Assembly: GCA_040954595.2 (NCBI GenBank)
Contig: CM082588.2
Coordinates: 7,920,844 to 7,984,843, forward strand
DNA: 64,000 nucleotides
Origin: Balanoglossus misakiensis
Lineage: Eukaryota > Animalia > Hemichordata
Direction: 5' to 3'
The notes under the pieces were generated by a model. The model did no database searches and was not told where the DNA came from. It was given only the letters and a program-made list of their open reading frames with translations. The first letter of the stretch is position 1. Every line of letters begins with the position of its first letter. Below, one piece after another: positions 1 through 13,459 of the stretch. The position numbers and the translations under genes are program-made.

Positions 1-312
1 GTACTTTGGCTGATATCGAACAGAACCAACAAGAAACAACTCAACATCTTGGTCAGATATCAGAGACACAGAGTGACCATAGCAGTACTTTGGCTGATAT
101 CGAACAGAACCAACGGGAGAACCAACAAGAAACGACTCAACATCTTGGTCAGATATCAGAGACACAGAGTGACCATAGCAGTACTTTGGCTGATATCGAA
201 CAGAACCAACAAGAAGCGACTCAACATCTTGGTCAGATATCAGAGACACTGGTTGACATTAAAGAAGGCCTCAAGACTTCACATACCAGTGAGTCAAGAA
301 CGTGTGTTCCAG
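1..312 (+). CDS. NLR unit 1 exon 1, 3' part only (coiled-coil repeat; truncated by window start)
   Basis: Same repeat and tail (VDIKEGLKTSHTSESRTCVP) as other units; donor CCAG|GTAATA at 312/313, phase 1. Confidence 0.85.
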
Positions 313-455
313 GTAATAATTAAGATGAAGAAGTGATATTCATTTCTATGGCTGAAATCTACAATCATATTTGCTTAGTTTGAAAAAAAGATTCTGCTGT
401 ATGTACACCACCATTAAAAATAACTTTTTCTATAAATTCTCTCCTTTATCTCAAG

Positions 456-587
456 ATGCTTCCTGTGCTTGGTGCAACTGTAAGAGTGATAATCTCAAGA
501 AGTTTATACGCTGTTGTGCAGTGATGTATTGTGGGAAAGACTGCCAGGAACAACACTGGAGGAAAGGTCACAGAGAAGAATGCAAAG
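456..587 (+). CDS. NLR unit 1 exon 2, zf-MYND cassette
   Basis: Pyrimidine tract then TCAAG| acceptor; CAWC..FIRC..YCGKDCQEQHW..HREEC; donor AAG|GTACAA; 132 nt, phase 1-1. Confidence 0.8.
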
Positions 588-1222
588 GTACAATTGATCC
601 TTTTCTGAACTCCACATGACCCCACGAGATTTCACGTAGCTAAGCAATTTATATGGGAGGACATTCCCCTGGCACAGGGCAAACAAGTAACACATGTCCT
701 ACCATATTCAATGGCACAAACAATTTCCTTTTTTGTTAAACTCTGCACCTATTCTAATTTCTGAGCTACCAACACGTTGCTATAGTAATCAACCAAGTGT
801 CAGGAGATTTCTAAATGAGCAGGAAATCATCATTGTTAAAGTCTGAACCTATATTCTAGTTACATAGCAAGCTAGATAGTATGAAAATATTCACAAACAC
901 CTTTTAGTACATGTAAGAACTTATAAATAAGATACTGAAAATTTCCATGTTTCACGCATAATGTTTGTATTCTCATGTGCTGAGCTGTCTGTCAAAAAGC
1001 TGGGGGTAATCACGACATGACCCTGCCTATATGGAACACAATATGTGGTTCATATACATGTAGTTGTTGGTCACAATACATCTAGTACACCATTTGAAAC
1101 CCCTGACTATATTATACTTAGGTACAATGATGTTTTACAGCTTGTGAAAATAGTAAACTAAACAGCAACTATCTGCAATACAAAAGTCATACTATCAATA
1201 TTATATTGTTTTTTTCTTACAG

Positions 1223-4065
1223 ATACTTCTGCAGGGTTTGAGTGGCTTAAAGACTATCTCAAAGAATTGTACAGCCATGACTTTGACAAGTTCCAACCTC
1301 TGCCATGGAATGAAAACTTCTCACTCCATTTATCTGATGTCTATACCCGACTGAAGATGGGAGAGGTTAATGAAAGGGGTAAGATCATTAAGGACAATGA
1401 AGAAAATGACACTGTAGTTCATGAGAGTGCAATATTTGAAGCAGATCGAAATGGAGTGAGACCACGTAGAATAAGAATTGAAGGACCTCCAGCTATTGGC
1501 AAGTCAATGTTTAGTAGAAAGCTGGCCTACAACTGGGCTTGTGGAAAATTAGAGCAATTTAAATTAGTCTTTCTGTTGGAAATGAGATATATGAGTAAAG
1601 AATCAATCATAGAAACCATATTTGATCAATTACTTCCTGATGATGCAGAAATGTCCAGAGATGAGCTTGACAAGGTTCTGAAAAGGAATGCAGATTCTGT
1701 GCTGTTCCTCTGTGATGGTTTGGATGAAATGTGTAAGGATTTCAAGGAAAGTTCTGATATAAGTCGGATTATTGCAAAGAAATTATTGCCAAGATGTACA
1801 GTAGCTATCACAACCAGGCCCCATGAATGTGACACACAGCTGAAAAACTGTGATTCACATTATCACATAGAGGGCTTCACATGGAGTGATTGTTGGGAAT
1901 ATATCAGGAAGTACTTCAAGCATGAGTCTCAGACATGTGTGAATATGATCAAAAATTTAGAACGAAACCTCCAGTTTAAATGGTTGGATGATTTCCTTAG
2001 TAATCCCTTACATGTTTCATTTCTTTGTGTACTGTGGGAGGATCATCAAGATGGTGACCATTTCCCAACTAGAGTGACAGAGTTGTATTTTGAAGTATTG
2101 CAGTGTATTTTGAAGAGGTATTGTTCCAAGACTGGAGTCAGTCTTGATGAACAGGGAGAAGTACCCGTTGATATCATGGCTGGTGTAAATAAACTGGCTG
2201 CCATTGCTTATAATTATCTGAAACAGGGAAAAATACTCATAAATGAGGTAGATGTGATACCAACATGGCTCTTGTCACTAGGGTTACTTGTGCGTGATTG
2301 CGGTGTATCTCGCACAAAACCAAAGAAAGTTTGTTTCTTCTGTCACAAAACTTGGCTGGAATATTTTGCTGCTTTACATATTGCTGAATGTGTGAAGGAT
2401 ACTGCTTCCTTTGATGAGTTTCAATTTCTATCTGACGATATTATCCGCAGTTTCCAAGTCTTTAAATTTCTGACTGGCACTCTGAAGGAGAAAGCTGGTC
2501 CAGTATTTAAGGAAATTGGGATGGAGATGTGCAAGAATGCAGATGGTTATGACTTTGTGTTTAGAATGAAGAGCTATATAGCTTTCTTACATGAAAGTGT
2601 CAATTATCAAGCATTTTTGAAATTCATAGAACCCATCCTTTATGAATCTAAGTGTATCATTTATAATCCTTTATTTTATTTTATAGCAAGATCTATGGTT
2701 GTCAATTCTATGTCTTCACCATCACCATATTATATTCTAAGTGACGATTTGAATTTTCTTACATTGTATTATGATAGTTACTTGATGATAATCATTGATA
2801 TGCTGAAGTATGAACACTCATGTCAATGTAGACCCAAATTTAATAAAAATCTCTGGTTAGATATCAACAAAATGCAATCATCAGCGATATCCCACTTGGC
2901 AGAGGCACTGGAAAACAATCTTATTTCTCTTGAATGGCTTGTGTTGAATGTGACTTCATCCAGTGGCAAGAATCTGCTTCAGTTGGCAAAAGCTGTCAGA
3001 GAAACCAAAACGGTACAAAACATTCATATCATTGTAGATGATAGGGATAATGTTGTTGACAGCACTCCCAATGAAAAATGTAAGCAAGGCACCTCAAATA
3101 AAGAAACATACTTGACATCACATACTCTAAGAAATCTTATCGATAATGCTGTGAAAAATAAGCATATTGATTGTTTTTCATTGCATACAGTTGACCTGTC
3201 TGACCATCAACGGGAGCATATTGATAACATTCTTCCATATAAGTCATTGAAACAGGCCAGGCACTTTCAAAATATTGTGGAAACCGAAACAGGTTTAAAT
3301 AGTGCATTATTGAAAGTTGCTGATATGCTTGAACACTGTCAATCTACCAATGTTTGTCATTTTGTACTTTTTGATGGTGTCAGATATTCTGCCATTGAGG
3401 GCAGTACTGCAAGAGCTTTGTTAACAGCTGTTCAAAATATCAGCAAATCAATTAAATCTCTTGGCTTGTCAGTCACATCAGAATATGTAAAGATACCTTA
3501 TGTAGTTCCATCTGGATCATTGCCAATATCTGATGTTGTGAATAAGATTTTACATATTTTGATGTCTAACACCACATTAGAGGATCTTAAGTTATTTATA
3601 GAGAATGAAAATGTTGATGCTGTATCGAAGTTTATTCAATGTAATAAGTATGTCAAGTCACTGTCCTTTGCTCTGTATCAGTCCAGAATGAGCATAGACC
3701 ATTTATGTTCAGCTCTCTGTGCTGCTTTGAGTTCCAATACAACTCTGGAAAGCTTTGCGCTGGAGTTTTGTTATGAGTTTGTTAGAGTTTATAGTAACCA
3801 TGAACTTTCCACTGAGTATAAGTATCTTAGTCAATTGATTTTACCAACACATAGTCGATTGTGTGGTGGAAAAACTGCATTGAAGACAATTTCATTTACT
3901 TTTCCATCATTAAGTCCAAAACGCAGGGATGATATTGTCAATGTCATGACCGAGTATTTTAAAGGAAATGTTTCAGGGTCATACCAATACACTGTGAAGC
4001 AGATCATGTCCATTTATATGTACCGGTATATTCACTTTCTTAACGTATCGATCAGTGAACTCTAG
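1223..4065 (+). CDS. NLR unit 1 exon 3, NACHT + winged helix + LRR-like region
   Basis: Acceptor TTTTCTTACAG|; Walker A GPPAIGKS, Walker B VLFLCDGLDE, sensor-1 ITTRP, NPL, FCHKTWLEYFAA; LRR-like segments such as SNTTLESFAL. Confidence 0.92.
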
Positions 4066-4471
4066 AGAATGCTGAATGCCACATTTGCATAAGATGCATT
4101 CTGCTATATAGGGGAAACTCCATGAAAAATTGTAAACTTTAAAATTTTTTTTACATACACTTAATTTAAGGTACAGATATAAAATATACCAGGTAACAGA
4201 CTATACTATAGATATCAATGCTTGCACAGTTAGACAAACTGTCAAGGGATTTTCAACATATTGTATCCAGATGGAAATTTAATCAAATTACTAAGGACAT
4301 AAAGTGAACAAATAAACAAAATTTGATTTGTTCACTTTATAACAGTACTGGACTCAAATATCTACCACGAAGTGTTTTTCTTGACCAGAACTATGACAAT
4401 TTCAAAAGGCTTATGAGTTCCACAGATTTACGGGTATTATTGAATATTTGCAAGTATGTTTATAAAGCTAT

Positions 4472-5750
4472 GGCTGTGAGAAGAACAGCCACTTATAGGA
4501 TGAATAATATTGTTCAACTTTGTTTGTATTTGTGTAGTCAGCATTCACTTTGTATTTGTGTGATTGTATTACTTTATTTGAGAACTGGATGTTCTCCTTG
4601 CATTTGGACCTGAGGTCTTGAAATGCAATAAATTACTTTTATTATTACTGGCTGTGAGAAGAGCAGCCACTTGCCACTCATAGAGTGTATAATATTGTTC
4701 AACTTTCTTTGTATTTGTGTAGTCAGCATTTCACTTTGTATTTGTGTGATGTATTACTTTATTTGAAAACTGGATGTTCTCCTTGCATTTGGACCTGAGG
4801 TCTTGAAATGCAATAAATTACTTTTATTATTACTGGCTGTGAGAAGAGCAGCCACTTGCCACTCATAAAGTGTATAATTTTGTTCAACTTTCTCTGTATT
4901 TGTGTAGTCAGCATTTCACTTTGTATTTGTGTGATGTATTACTTTATTTGAGAACTGGATGTTCTCCTTGCATTTGGACCTGAGGTCTTGAAATGCAATA
5001 AATTACTATTATTATTACTGGCTGTGAGAAGAGCAGCCACTTGCCACTCATAGAGTGTATAATATTGTTCAACTTTCTTTGTATTTGTGTAGTCAGCATT
5101 TCATTTTGTATTTGTGTGATGTATTACTTTATTTGAGAAGTGGATGTTCTCCTTGCATTTGGACCTGAGGTCTTGAAATGCAATAAATTACTATTATTAT
5201 TACTGGCTGTGAGAAGAGCAGCCACTTGCCACTCATAGAGTGTATAATATTGTTCAACTTTCTTTGTATTTGTGTAGTCAGCATTCACTTTGTATTTGTG
5301 TGATGTATTACTTTATTTGAGAACTGGATGTTCTCCTTGCATTTGGACCTGAGGTCTTGAAATGCAATTAATTACTATTATTATTACTGGCTGTGAGAAG
5401 AGCAGCCACTTGCCACTCATAGAGTGTATAATATTGTTCAACTTTCTTTGTATTTGTGTAGTCTGCATTCACTTTGTATTTGTGTGATGTATTACTTTAT
5501 TTGAGAACTGGATGTTCTCCTTGCATTTGGACCTGAGGTCTTCAAACGCAATAAATTACTATTATTATTACTGGCTGTGAGAAGAGCAGCCACTTGCCAC
5601 TCATAGAGTGTATAATATTGTTCAACTTTCTTTGTATTTGTGTAGTCAGCATTTCATTTTGTATTTGTACGATGTATTACTTTATTTGAGAACTGGATGT
5701 TCTCCTTGCATTTGGACCTGAGGTCTTGAAAGGCAATAAATTACTTATTA
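4472..5750 (+). repeat. ~185-bp tandem repeat in 3' flank of unit 1 (~7 copies)
   Basis: GGCTGTGAGAAG recurs at ~4472, 4650, 4835, 5020, 5204, 5389, 5573; most units contain AATAAA. Confidence 0.93.
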
Positions 5751-6313
5751 TTATGAAGGACACAATTTGTATGTAAGGAAATATGCAGAGAGTAGCAGAA
5801 TATTTATTTAAACCAAGTGACACACTTTTGTAAGACACATTCCTGTACAGATTCAATTGAGTTCTGTTTCTAACCTCTGTGCAAAAATGTCAAAATTTGC
5901 TGGAAATTGTACGAAACTTATCATGTTTGGAGATGGCACAAGAGATTATATATCTTAACTCATTGTTATACATTTGCTTATTTCTATTTATTGCTTTACT
6001 TCATTGTTTTTTTATTAAAATGTTTTTTTCTTAATTTCTATGGAACCTGTAAATGAGATTTGTTTCAGTTGGTCTTCCTTGAAATAAATATAGTCTGAGA
6101 AGAAAGCAATTGTGAAAAATCTGTTTTCTTTATTTTAATTAAAACAGAATGAATGAAGAGATTGAAAGGTTGTATTATGTAAAGCGAGGGGAAAATATTG
6201 TTAAATGTTTTCCAAAAGTAAATGACAATTTGAAATTGCAACAAACTTGTTAGTATCACTGTTTATATCTATAATAGTAAAATTTATACTTCCCCCTGAT
6301 TTACCCCCGGCAG

Positions 6314-6845
6314 TTTTGAACTGCTGAAGCGCTGTTTTAGAGCAAGACTGCTGAAGACGGAGATGGAAGTCAATTATTTCCCATACGGCGGATCCATCAC
6401 CGACTACACCTGCCATATGTTTGACACCAAATTGGGCGTGTCGGTCACCAGGGCGATGAAGTTCAAAGGTCAATACGAAACGGAGGACGCGGAGAAACTA
6501 CTGAGAAAGAAACTGCATGGTGAGAAACAAGAATTATTCAGATAGTAAGAAATGGTACGGAGTTTTTCTTTAAAAAAAACAAGCAATTATTTTACTTTTA
6601 ATACTAATCTAATTCTTCTCGTATCATTTTTAGGTATTACCATGGCAACGAGAAATTCCTTAGAAGGCTGGTCCAAGCAAATATTACATGTGTGGGCTGC
6701 GTCCACTCACATTGCGAACACTGTCGCGGACGTTTACTACAGACTGCCGAGGGATATAACCTCAAACACGGTAGTTTTAATCACAACAGCCAGCAGGCAA
6801 TCTAGTATATTCAGCAACTCGACAAACACGCGGGGAAGAGCCTAA
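6314..6845 (+). pseudogene. 5'-truncated AAC4-like gene copy (exons 6314-6519 and 6634-6845 only)
   Basis: Last two exons match complete copies; the PNAGGNS exon and the promoter are absent upstream. Confidence 0.75.
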
Positions 6846-7421
6846 TTCTTAAAACTCGGCGACGGTTGATTTCAGGGGCGATTTCAAACACTCAGTATGG
6901 TTGCAAATAACGAGAAAGACTTTTAATCAGACTCCTAATCGCACAGCGAAATTTGATAATGTTGTTATAAAATATAATAGTTATATTATATCTGTACACG
7001 TACGTAAGGACGAAATTGAATTTGAAAGACATGCACGCTTTTGTCTTATTATATTAAATTGTATAAAACGTGGTATTATGAATCTATATTTCTAAGATCT
7101 GTTTCTACTTCTTTCATTCATTTAGGATTTTGTTACAAATAAAGTTTTTCGTTTCGCTTATTTACGGGATATTTAGTGCGACTGAGTCGTAAAAACAATG
7201 GGCTTCATTATGTGTAGGGAACGCGTCGGCCCGTCGACGCAACCCGAAACCACAAGCTCAGTCCCAAATTCGAAACTCACCTCACTACCAAAAACACGTT
7301 CACGGCAAGCATGCACGCAAAAAGTATTGAAATTATTTATTAAGACAAAAAAGCATCGAAAACACATTAAGTATTGAGATTTAAAAATCACCTAGTGGGC
7401 TAGTCTACATTTTGACCTATC

Positions 7422-7476
7422 TGACGTCAAATGCCGTGAATATATTCAGGCGAAAACGAGGTTGAGGGGATTTCCC
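7422..7476 (+). promoter_or_regulatory. CRE (TGACGTCA 7422-7429) and kappaB site (GGGGATTTCCC 7466-7476) upstream of unit 2
   Basis: Consensus matches ~0.5 kb upstream of the ATG; kappaB site positionally conserved in all six visible promoters. Confidence 0.55.
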
Positions 7477-7966
7477 GATGATATCACCATTACAGACAAC
7501 CATATATTTCTTTTTGTTTATATGTACGTGCATACTAGTATTTTGCGCCAATGTCAGTGGCCTTCACATTTGAAATCGTAGCCCCCAAACATCGATTTGT
7601 TGGACTTTTCTTCCCATATGATATAAAGTAATGAGAAACTTCATCTGATTGTATCATTCTAACCCCTTAACTTTAGCACTCAAAAAATATCAAGTAAGTT
7701 TCACATATACATATACATGGAACTATAAAGCCAGTCAAAATAGAAATGGCGACTGTTTTCACAAGCCTCTGTTAGTTGCGGTTCAGACTGCGTATTTGCG
7801 ATTTGCACACAGAGTTGGAATTTGTGCCTGTTTTTAGAAAATTTGAACATTTTAGTATATTACCAACACTGTTCGAGTTAATCTTGGAAGTGGAGATCTT
7901 CATATATCTGCGCCCAAGTGCTTCCAGAACTGGAGTCAAGTTGTGTTTTTGCGATATCTTACAAAG

Positions 7967-9113
7967 ATGGCGACCGGTGGTGCATTTTTAACTACAGCCG
8001 AGAAGGTGAATCACGCTAGACTTTGTCGACTACTTATCGACGGTGGATCTAATGCGGTGAGATGTGTATTTGACAGCAAGATTCCACCTAATGTGCTTGC
8101 AAAAACTCTTAACAAGCATAAGAAGTCGTTAGAGAAACTACGAGTGTTGTATAAAGGACCTAAACCGGGTCCAAAGGTTATCAGTGATGGTCAGTGGGAT
8201 CTGTTATACCCAACCCAACCCAACCTTGTCAAGTCTGAAGACTTCGACATTACATTGCTCACAGTTTTATTACGCAATATCTGTGGCCTTCGAGTGACAC
8301 AGTCCTCCCCTGGTGTTGAAGCTGATGTGGCCCGAATAAAAGACTTCAGGAATAAACTTCAACACATGCCGGGCACAGCTGTCCCTGACAGCGAATTTCA
8401 ATCTTTCTGGGATGACATTAGTAAAGTATTGGTACGTCTTGGCGCTAAGCAGGGAGATATCGATCAGTTGAAGACTGCGAGTATGGACCTTGCTGAGACA
8501 GACAAATACGAACAAACTTTAAAGGACTGGCAAGAATCCGACAAAAAGTTCCTACAGCGTATAGAAGAGAAAATTGGCGATCAAACTCGTCAGCTTGGTC
8601 AGATATCAGAGACACAGAGTGACCATAGCAGTACTTTGGCTGATATCGAACAGAACCAACGGGAGAACCAACAAGAAACAACTCAACATCTTGGTCAGAT
8701 ATCAGAGACACAGAGTGACCATAGCAGTACTTTGGCTGATATCGAACAGAACCAACGGGAGAACCAACAAGAAACGACTCAACATCTGGGTCAGATATCA
8801 GAGAGACAGAGTGACCATAGCAGTACTTTGGCTGATATCGAACAGAAACAACGGGAGAACCAACAAGAAACGACTCAACATCTTGGTCAGATATCAGAGA
8901 CACAGAGTGGCCATAGCAGTACTTTGGCTGATATCGAACAGAACCAACAAGAAACGACTCAACATCTTGGTCAGATATCAGAGACACAGAGTGGCCATAG
9001 CAGTACTTTGGCTGATATCGAACAGAACCAACAAGAAACGATTCAACATCTGGTTGACATCAAAGAAGGCCTCAAGACTTCACATACCAGTGAGTCAAGA
9101 ACATGTGTTCCAG
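7967..9113 (+). CDS. NLR unit 2 exon 1, DZIP3-type HEPN + 5 coiled-coil repeats
   Basis: ATG in AAAGATGG; NHARLCRLLIDGG, FDITLLTVLLRNICGL, RNKLQH; donor CCAG|GTAATA. Confidence 0.88.
8597..9052 (+). repeat. 96/84-bp coding VNTR, pattern LLLSS
   Basis: GQISETQ..HSSTLADIEQN(QREN)QQETTQHL units. Confidence 0.95.
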
Positions 9114-9864
9114 GTAATAATTAAGATGGAGAAGTGGAATTCATTTCTATGGCTGAAATCTACGACATTATAGCTTTTTTATAATTTGTATAATTTTTGG
9201 TCAAACTTAATTGTTCCTTTATGGTCTCATAAATTATATGTGCAGATAAGAACTCATATTCCAACTTGGTCAGATGACCCTGAGGGCCAATCTGGGTTAG
9301 CTTATTTCACATCTTAAGTCTTACATCATAATCATACATTGCATAGACCGTCATAAGCAAGTTTTTTTGCAATATATGAGAATGGGAATAATCAGGAAAT
9401 CAAGATAATTACAATCCCACTTTTCTAGGGAGTCCAAAATCATGTTAGGTGGTGACATGTTGGGTTTTTGCCGCAAGTTATCTTAAAGGGACAAAGACTC
9501 TCTCTCACTTCCCCTTTTCCATTAATAATGTTTGATACATGACACTGTTTATGTTATTCTACATGTGGATATATATAGTGAATCAACGTTCGACTGCACA
9601 CAACTTCCACCCCACTTGTATGATATGAGAGCAACAAATCTCGCCAAAATGAATATGGTCGAATGTTGATTCACTATATATTCACAAGTATATAACATAA
9701 ACAGTGTCTTGTATCAAATATAATTAATGGAAAAAGGGCAACGAGAATGAGACTTTAATGTCCTTTTAATGGCGACATCATGGTTGCTTAGTTTGAAAAA
9801 AAGATTCTGTTGCACACCACCATTGAAAATAACTTTTTCTATAAATTCTCTCCTTTATCTCAAG

Positions 9865-9996
9865 ATGCTTCCTGTGCTTGGTGCAACTGTAAGAGTGATA
9901 ATCTCAAGAAGTGTACACGCTGTTGTGCAGTGATGTATTGTGGGAAAGACTGCCAGGAACAACACTGGAGGAAAGGTCACAGAGAAGAATGCAAAG
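9865..9996 (+). CDS. NLR unit 2 exon 2, zf-MYND with all eight canonical ligands
   Basis: CAWC..CTRC..YCGKDC..HREEC; AG/GT flanks, 132 nt. Confidence 0.82.
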
Positions 9997-10622
9997 GTAC
10001 AATTGATCCTTTTCTGAACTCCACATGACCCCACGAGATTTCACGTAGCTAAGCAATTTATATGGGAGGACATTCCCCTAGCACAGGGCAAACAATTAAC
10101 ACATGTCCCGCCATATTCAATGGAACAAACAATTTCCTTTTTTGTTAAACTCTGCACCTATTCTAATTTCTTAGCTACCAACCCGTTGCTATAGTAATTA
10201 ACCAAGTCTCAGGAGATTTCTCAATGAGCAGGAAATCATCATTGTTAAAGTCTGAACCTATATTCTAGTTACATACCAAGCTAGATAGTATGAAAATATT
10301 CACAAACACCTTTTAGTACATGTAAGAACTTATAAATAAGATACTGAAAATTTCCATGTTTCACGCATAATGTTTGTATTCTCATGTGCAGAGCTGTCTG
10401 TCAAAAAGCTGGGGGTAATCACGACATGACCCTGCCTATGTGGAACACAATATGTGGTTCATATATTACGGTAGTTATGGGTCATAATACTTCTAGTACA
10501 CCATATGTAACCCCTGACTACATTATACTTAGGTACAATGATGTTTTACAGCTTGTGAAAATAATAAACTAAATCTGTAATACAAAAGTCATACTATCAA
10601 TATTATAATTGTTTTTCTACAG

Positions 10623-13459
10623 ATACTTCTGCAGAGTTTGAGTGGCTTAAAGACTATCTCAAAGAATTGTACAGCCATGACTTTGACAAGTTCCAACCGT
10701 TGCCATGGAATGAAAACTTCTCACTCCATTTATCTGATGTCTATACCCGACTGAAGATGGTAGAGGTTGATGAAAGGGGTAAGATCATTGAGGACAATAA
10801 AGCAAAGAACACTGTAGTTCATGAAAGTGCAATATTTGAAGCAGATCGAAATGGAGTGAGACCACGTAGAATAAGAATTAAAGGACCTCCAGCTATTGGC
10901 AAGTCAATGTTTAGTAGAAAGCTGGCCTACAACTGGGCTTGTGGCGAATTAGAGCAATTTAAATTAGTCTTTCTGTTGGAAATGAGATATATGAGTCAAG
11001 AATCAATCATAGAAACCATATTTGATCAATTACTTCCTGATGATGCAGAAATTTCCAGAGATGAGCTTGACAAGGTTCTGAAAAGGAATGCAGATTCTGT
11101 GCTGTTCCTCTGTGATGGTTTGGATGAAATGTGTAAGGATTTCAAGGAAAGCCTTGATATTAGTCGGATTATTGCAAAGAAATTATTGCCAAGATGTACA
11201 GTAGCTATCACAACCAGGCCCCATGAATGTGACACACAGTTGAAAAACTGTGATTCACATTATTACATACAGGGCTTCACAAAGAGTGATTGTAGGGAAT
11301 ATATCATGAAGTACTTCAAGCATGAGTCTGAGACTGGTAAGAATTTGATCGCAAATTTAGAACAAAACCTTGAGTTTGAATGGTTGGATGATTTTCTTAG
11401 TAATCCCTTACATGTTTCATTTCTTTGTGTACTGTGGGAGGATCATCAAGATGGTGACCATTTCCCAACTAGAGTGACAGAGTTGTATTTTGAAGTATTG
11501 AAGTGTATTTTGAAGAGGTATTGTTCCAAGACTGGAGTCAGTCTTGATGAACAGGGAGAAGTACCCGTTGATATCATGGCTGATGTAAATAAACTGACTG
11601 CCATTGCTTATAATTATCTGAAACAGGGCAAAATACTCATAAATGAGGTAGATGTGATGCCAACATGGCTCTTGTCACTAGGGTTACTTGTGCGTGATTG
11701 CGGTGTATCTCGCACAAAACCAAAGAAAGTTTGTTTCTTCTGTCACAAAACTTGGCTGGAATATTTTGCTGCTTTACATATTGCTGAATGTGTGAAGGAC
11801 ACTGCTTCCTTTGATGAGTTTCAATTTCTATCTGACGACATTCACCGCAATTTCCAAGTCTTTGTATTTCTGACTGGCACTCTGAAGGAGAAAGCTGGTC
11901 CAGTATTTAAGGAAATTGGGATGGAGACGTGCAAGTCTGCAGATGATGCTGGCTTGGACAGCTATATAGCTTTCTTACATGAAAGTGTCAATTATGAAGC
12001 ATTTTTGAAATTCATAAAACCCATCCTTTATCAATTTAAGTGTTTCATTTGTGATCCTTTATTTTTTAGACCAAGACCTGTGGTTGTCAATTCTTTGTCT
12101 TCACCATCACCATATTTTCTAAGTGACGATTTGGATTTTCATACATTGTATTATGAAGATAGTTACTCGATGATAATCATTGATATGCTGAAGTATAAAC
12201 ACTCACATGAAAGTATACCCAAATTTCATAACAATCTTGAGATACATATCAACAATATGCAATCATCAGAGATTTCCTATTTAGTAGAGGCACTGGAGAA
12301 GAATCTTATTTCTCTTGAATAGTTTGTGTTGAATGTGACTCCATCCAGTGACAAGAATCTTCTTCAGTTGGCAAAAGCTATCAGAGAAACCAAAGCAGTA
12401 CAAAACATTCATATCATTGTAGGTGATGATAGGGACAATGTTGTTGACAGCACTCCCAATGAAAAATGTAAGCAAGGCACCTCAATTAAAGAAACAGATT
12501 TGACATCACGCACTTTAAGAAACCTTATCGAAAATGCTGAGAAAAATGAGCATATTGATTGTTTGTCATTGCATACATTTGACCGGTCTGACCATCAACG
12601 GGAGAATATTGATAACATTGTTCCATATAATTCATTGAAACAGACCAGGCACTTTCATAATATTGTGGAAACCGAAACAGGTGTAAATAGCGTATTACTG
12701 AAAGTTGCTGATATGCTTGAACACTGTCAATCTACCAAGGTTTGTCACGTGGTACTTGATGATAGTGTCAGATATTATGCCATTGAGGGCAGTACTGCAA
12801 GAGCTTTGTCAAAAGCTGTTCAAAATATCAGCAAAACAATTAATTCTCTTAGCTTGCTTGTCACATCAGAATTTTTAGATATACCGGAATATTTTGATGT
12901 TCAATCTGAATTTTTGCCTATATGTCATGTTGTGAATGAGATTTTACACATTTTGATGTCTAACACCACATTAGAGGATCTTAAGTTATTTATAGAGAAT
13001 GAAAATGTTGATGCTGTATTGAAGTTTATTCAATGTAATAAGTATGTCAAGTCACTGTCCTTTGCTCTGTATCAGTCTACAGTGAGTATAGACCATTTAT
13101 GTTCAGCTCTCTGTGCTGCTTTGAGTTCCAATACAACTCTGGAAAGCTTTGCGCTGCATTTGTGTGATGAGTCAGATGCAATGTATAGTAACACTGAACA
13201 TTCCACTGAGCATAAGTATATAAGTAAATTCATTTTACCAACACATAGATTATTGTGTGATGGAAAAACTGCATTGAAGACGATTTCATTTACTTTTCAA
13301 TCATCAAGTCCAGAACGCAGGGATGATATTGTCAATGTCATGACCGAGCATTTTAAAGGAAATGTTTCAGGGTCATACAAATACACTGTGAAGAGGCTGA
13401 TCAGGTGGGATCTTCAATGGTATATTCACGTTCTGGAAGTATCCATCAGTGGGCCCTAG
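10623..13459 (+). pseudogene. NLR unit 2 exon 3 (NACHT + LRR-like) interrupted by in-frame TAG at 12320-12322
   Basis: Paralogs have TGG (LEW) at this codon; frame stays open downstream to 13459. Confidence 0.85.

Noticed and set aside
1267-4065. NACHT ORFs as standalone genes starting at MYSHD, and HEPN ORFs ending at PGNN
   Set aside because: The apparent start is TTG just downstream of a strong acceptor, and GNN-stop is intron read-through past a GT donor
4323-4613. Recurrent small ORFs MICSLYNS... and MYNNELR... after each NLR
   Set aside because: Recur only because the DNA is duplicated; TTG starts, variable ends, and a stop in the unit 6 copy of the first
8597-9052. CRISPR-like appearance of the repeat arrays
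   Set aside because: No unique spacers, no cas genes, repeats are coding or plain tandem, and the DNA is eukaryotic
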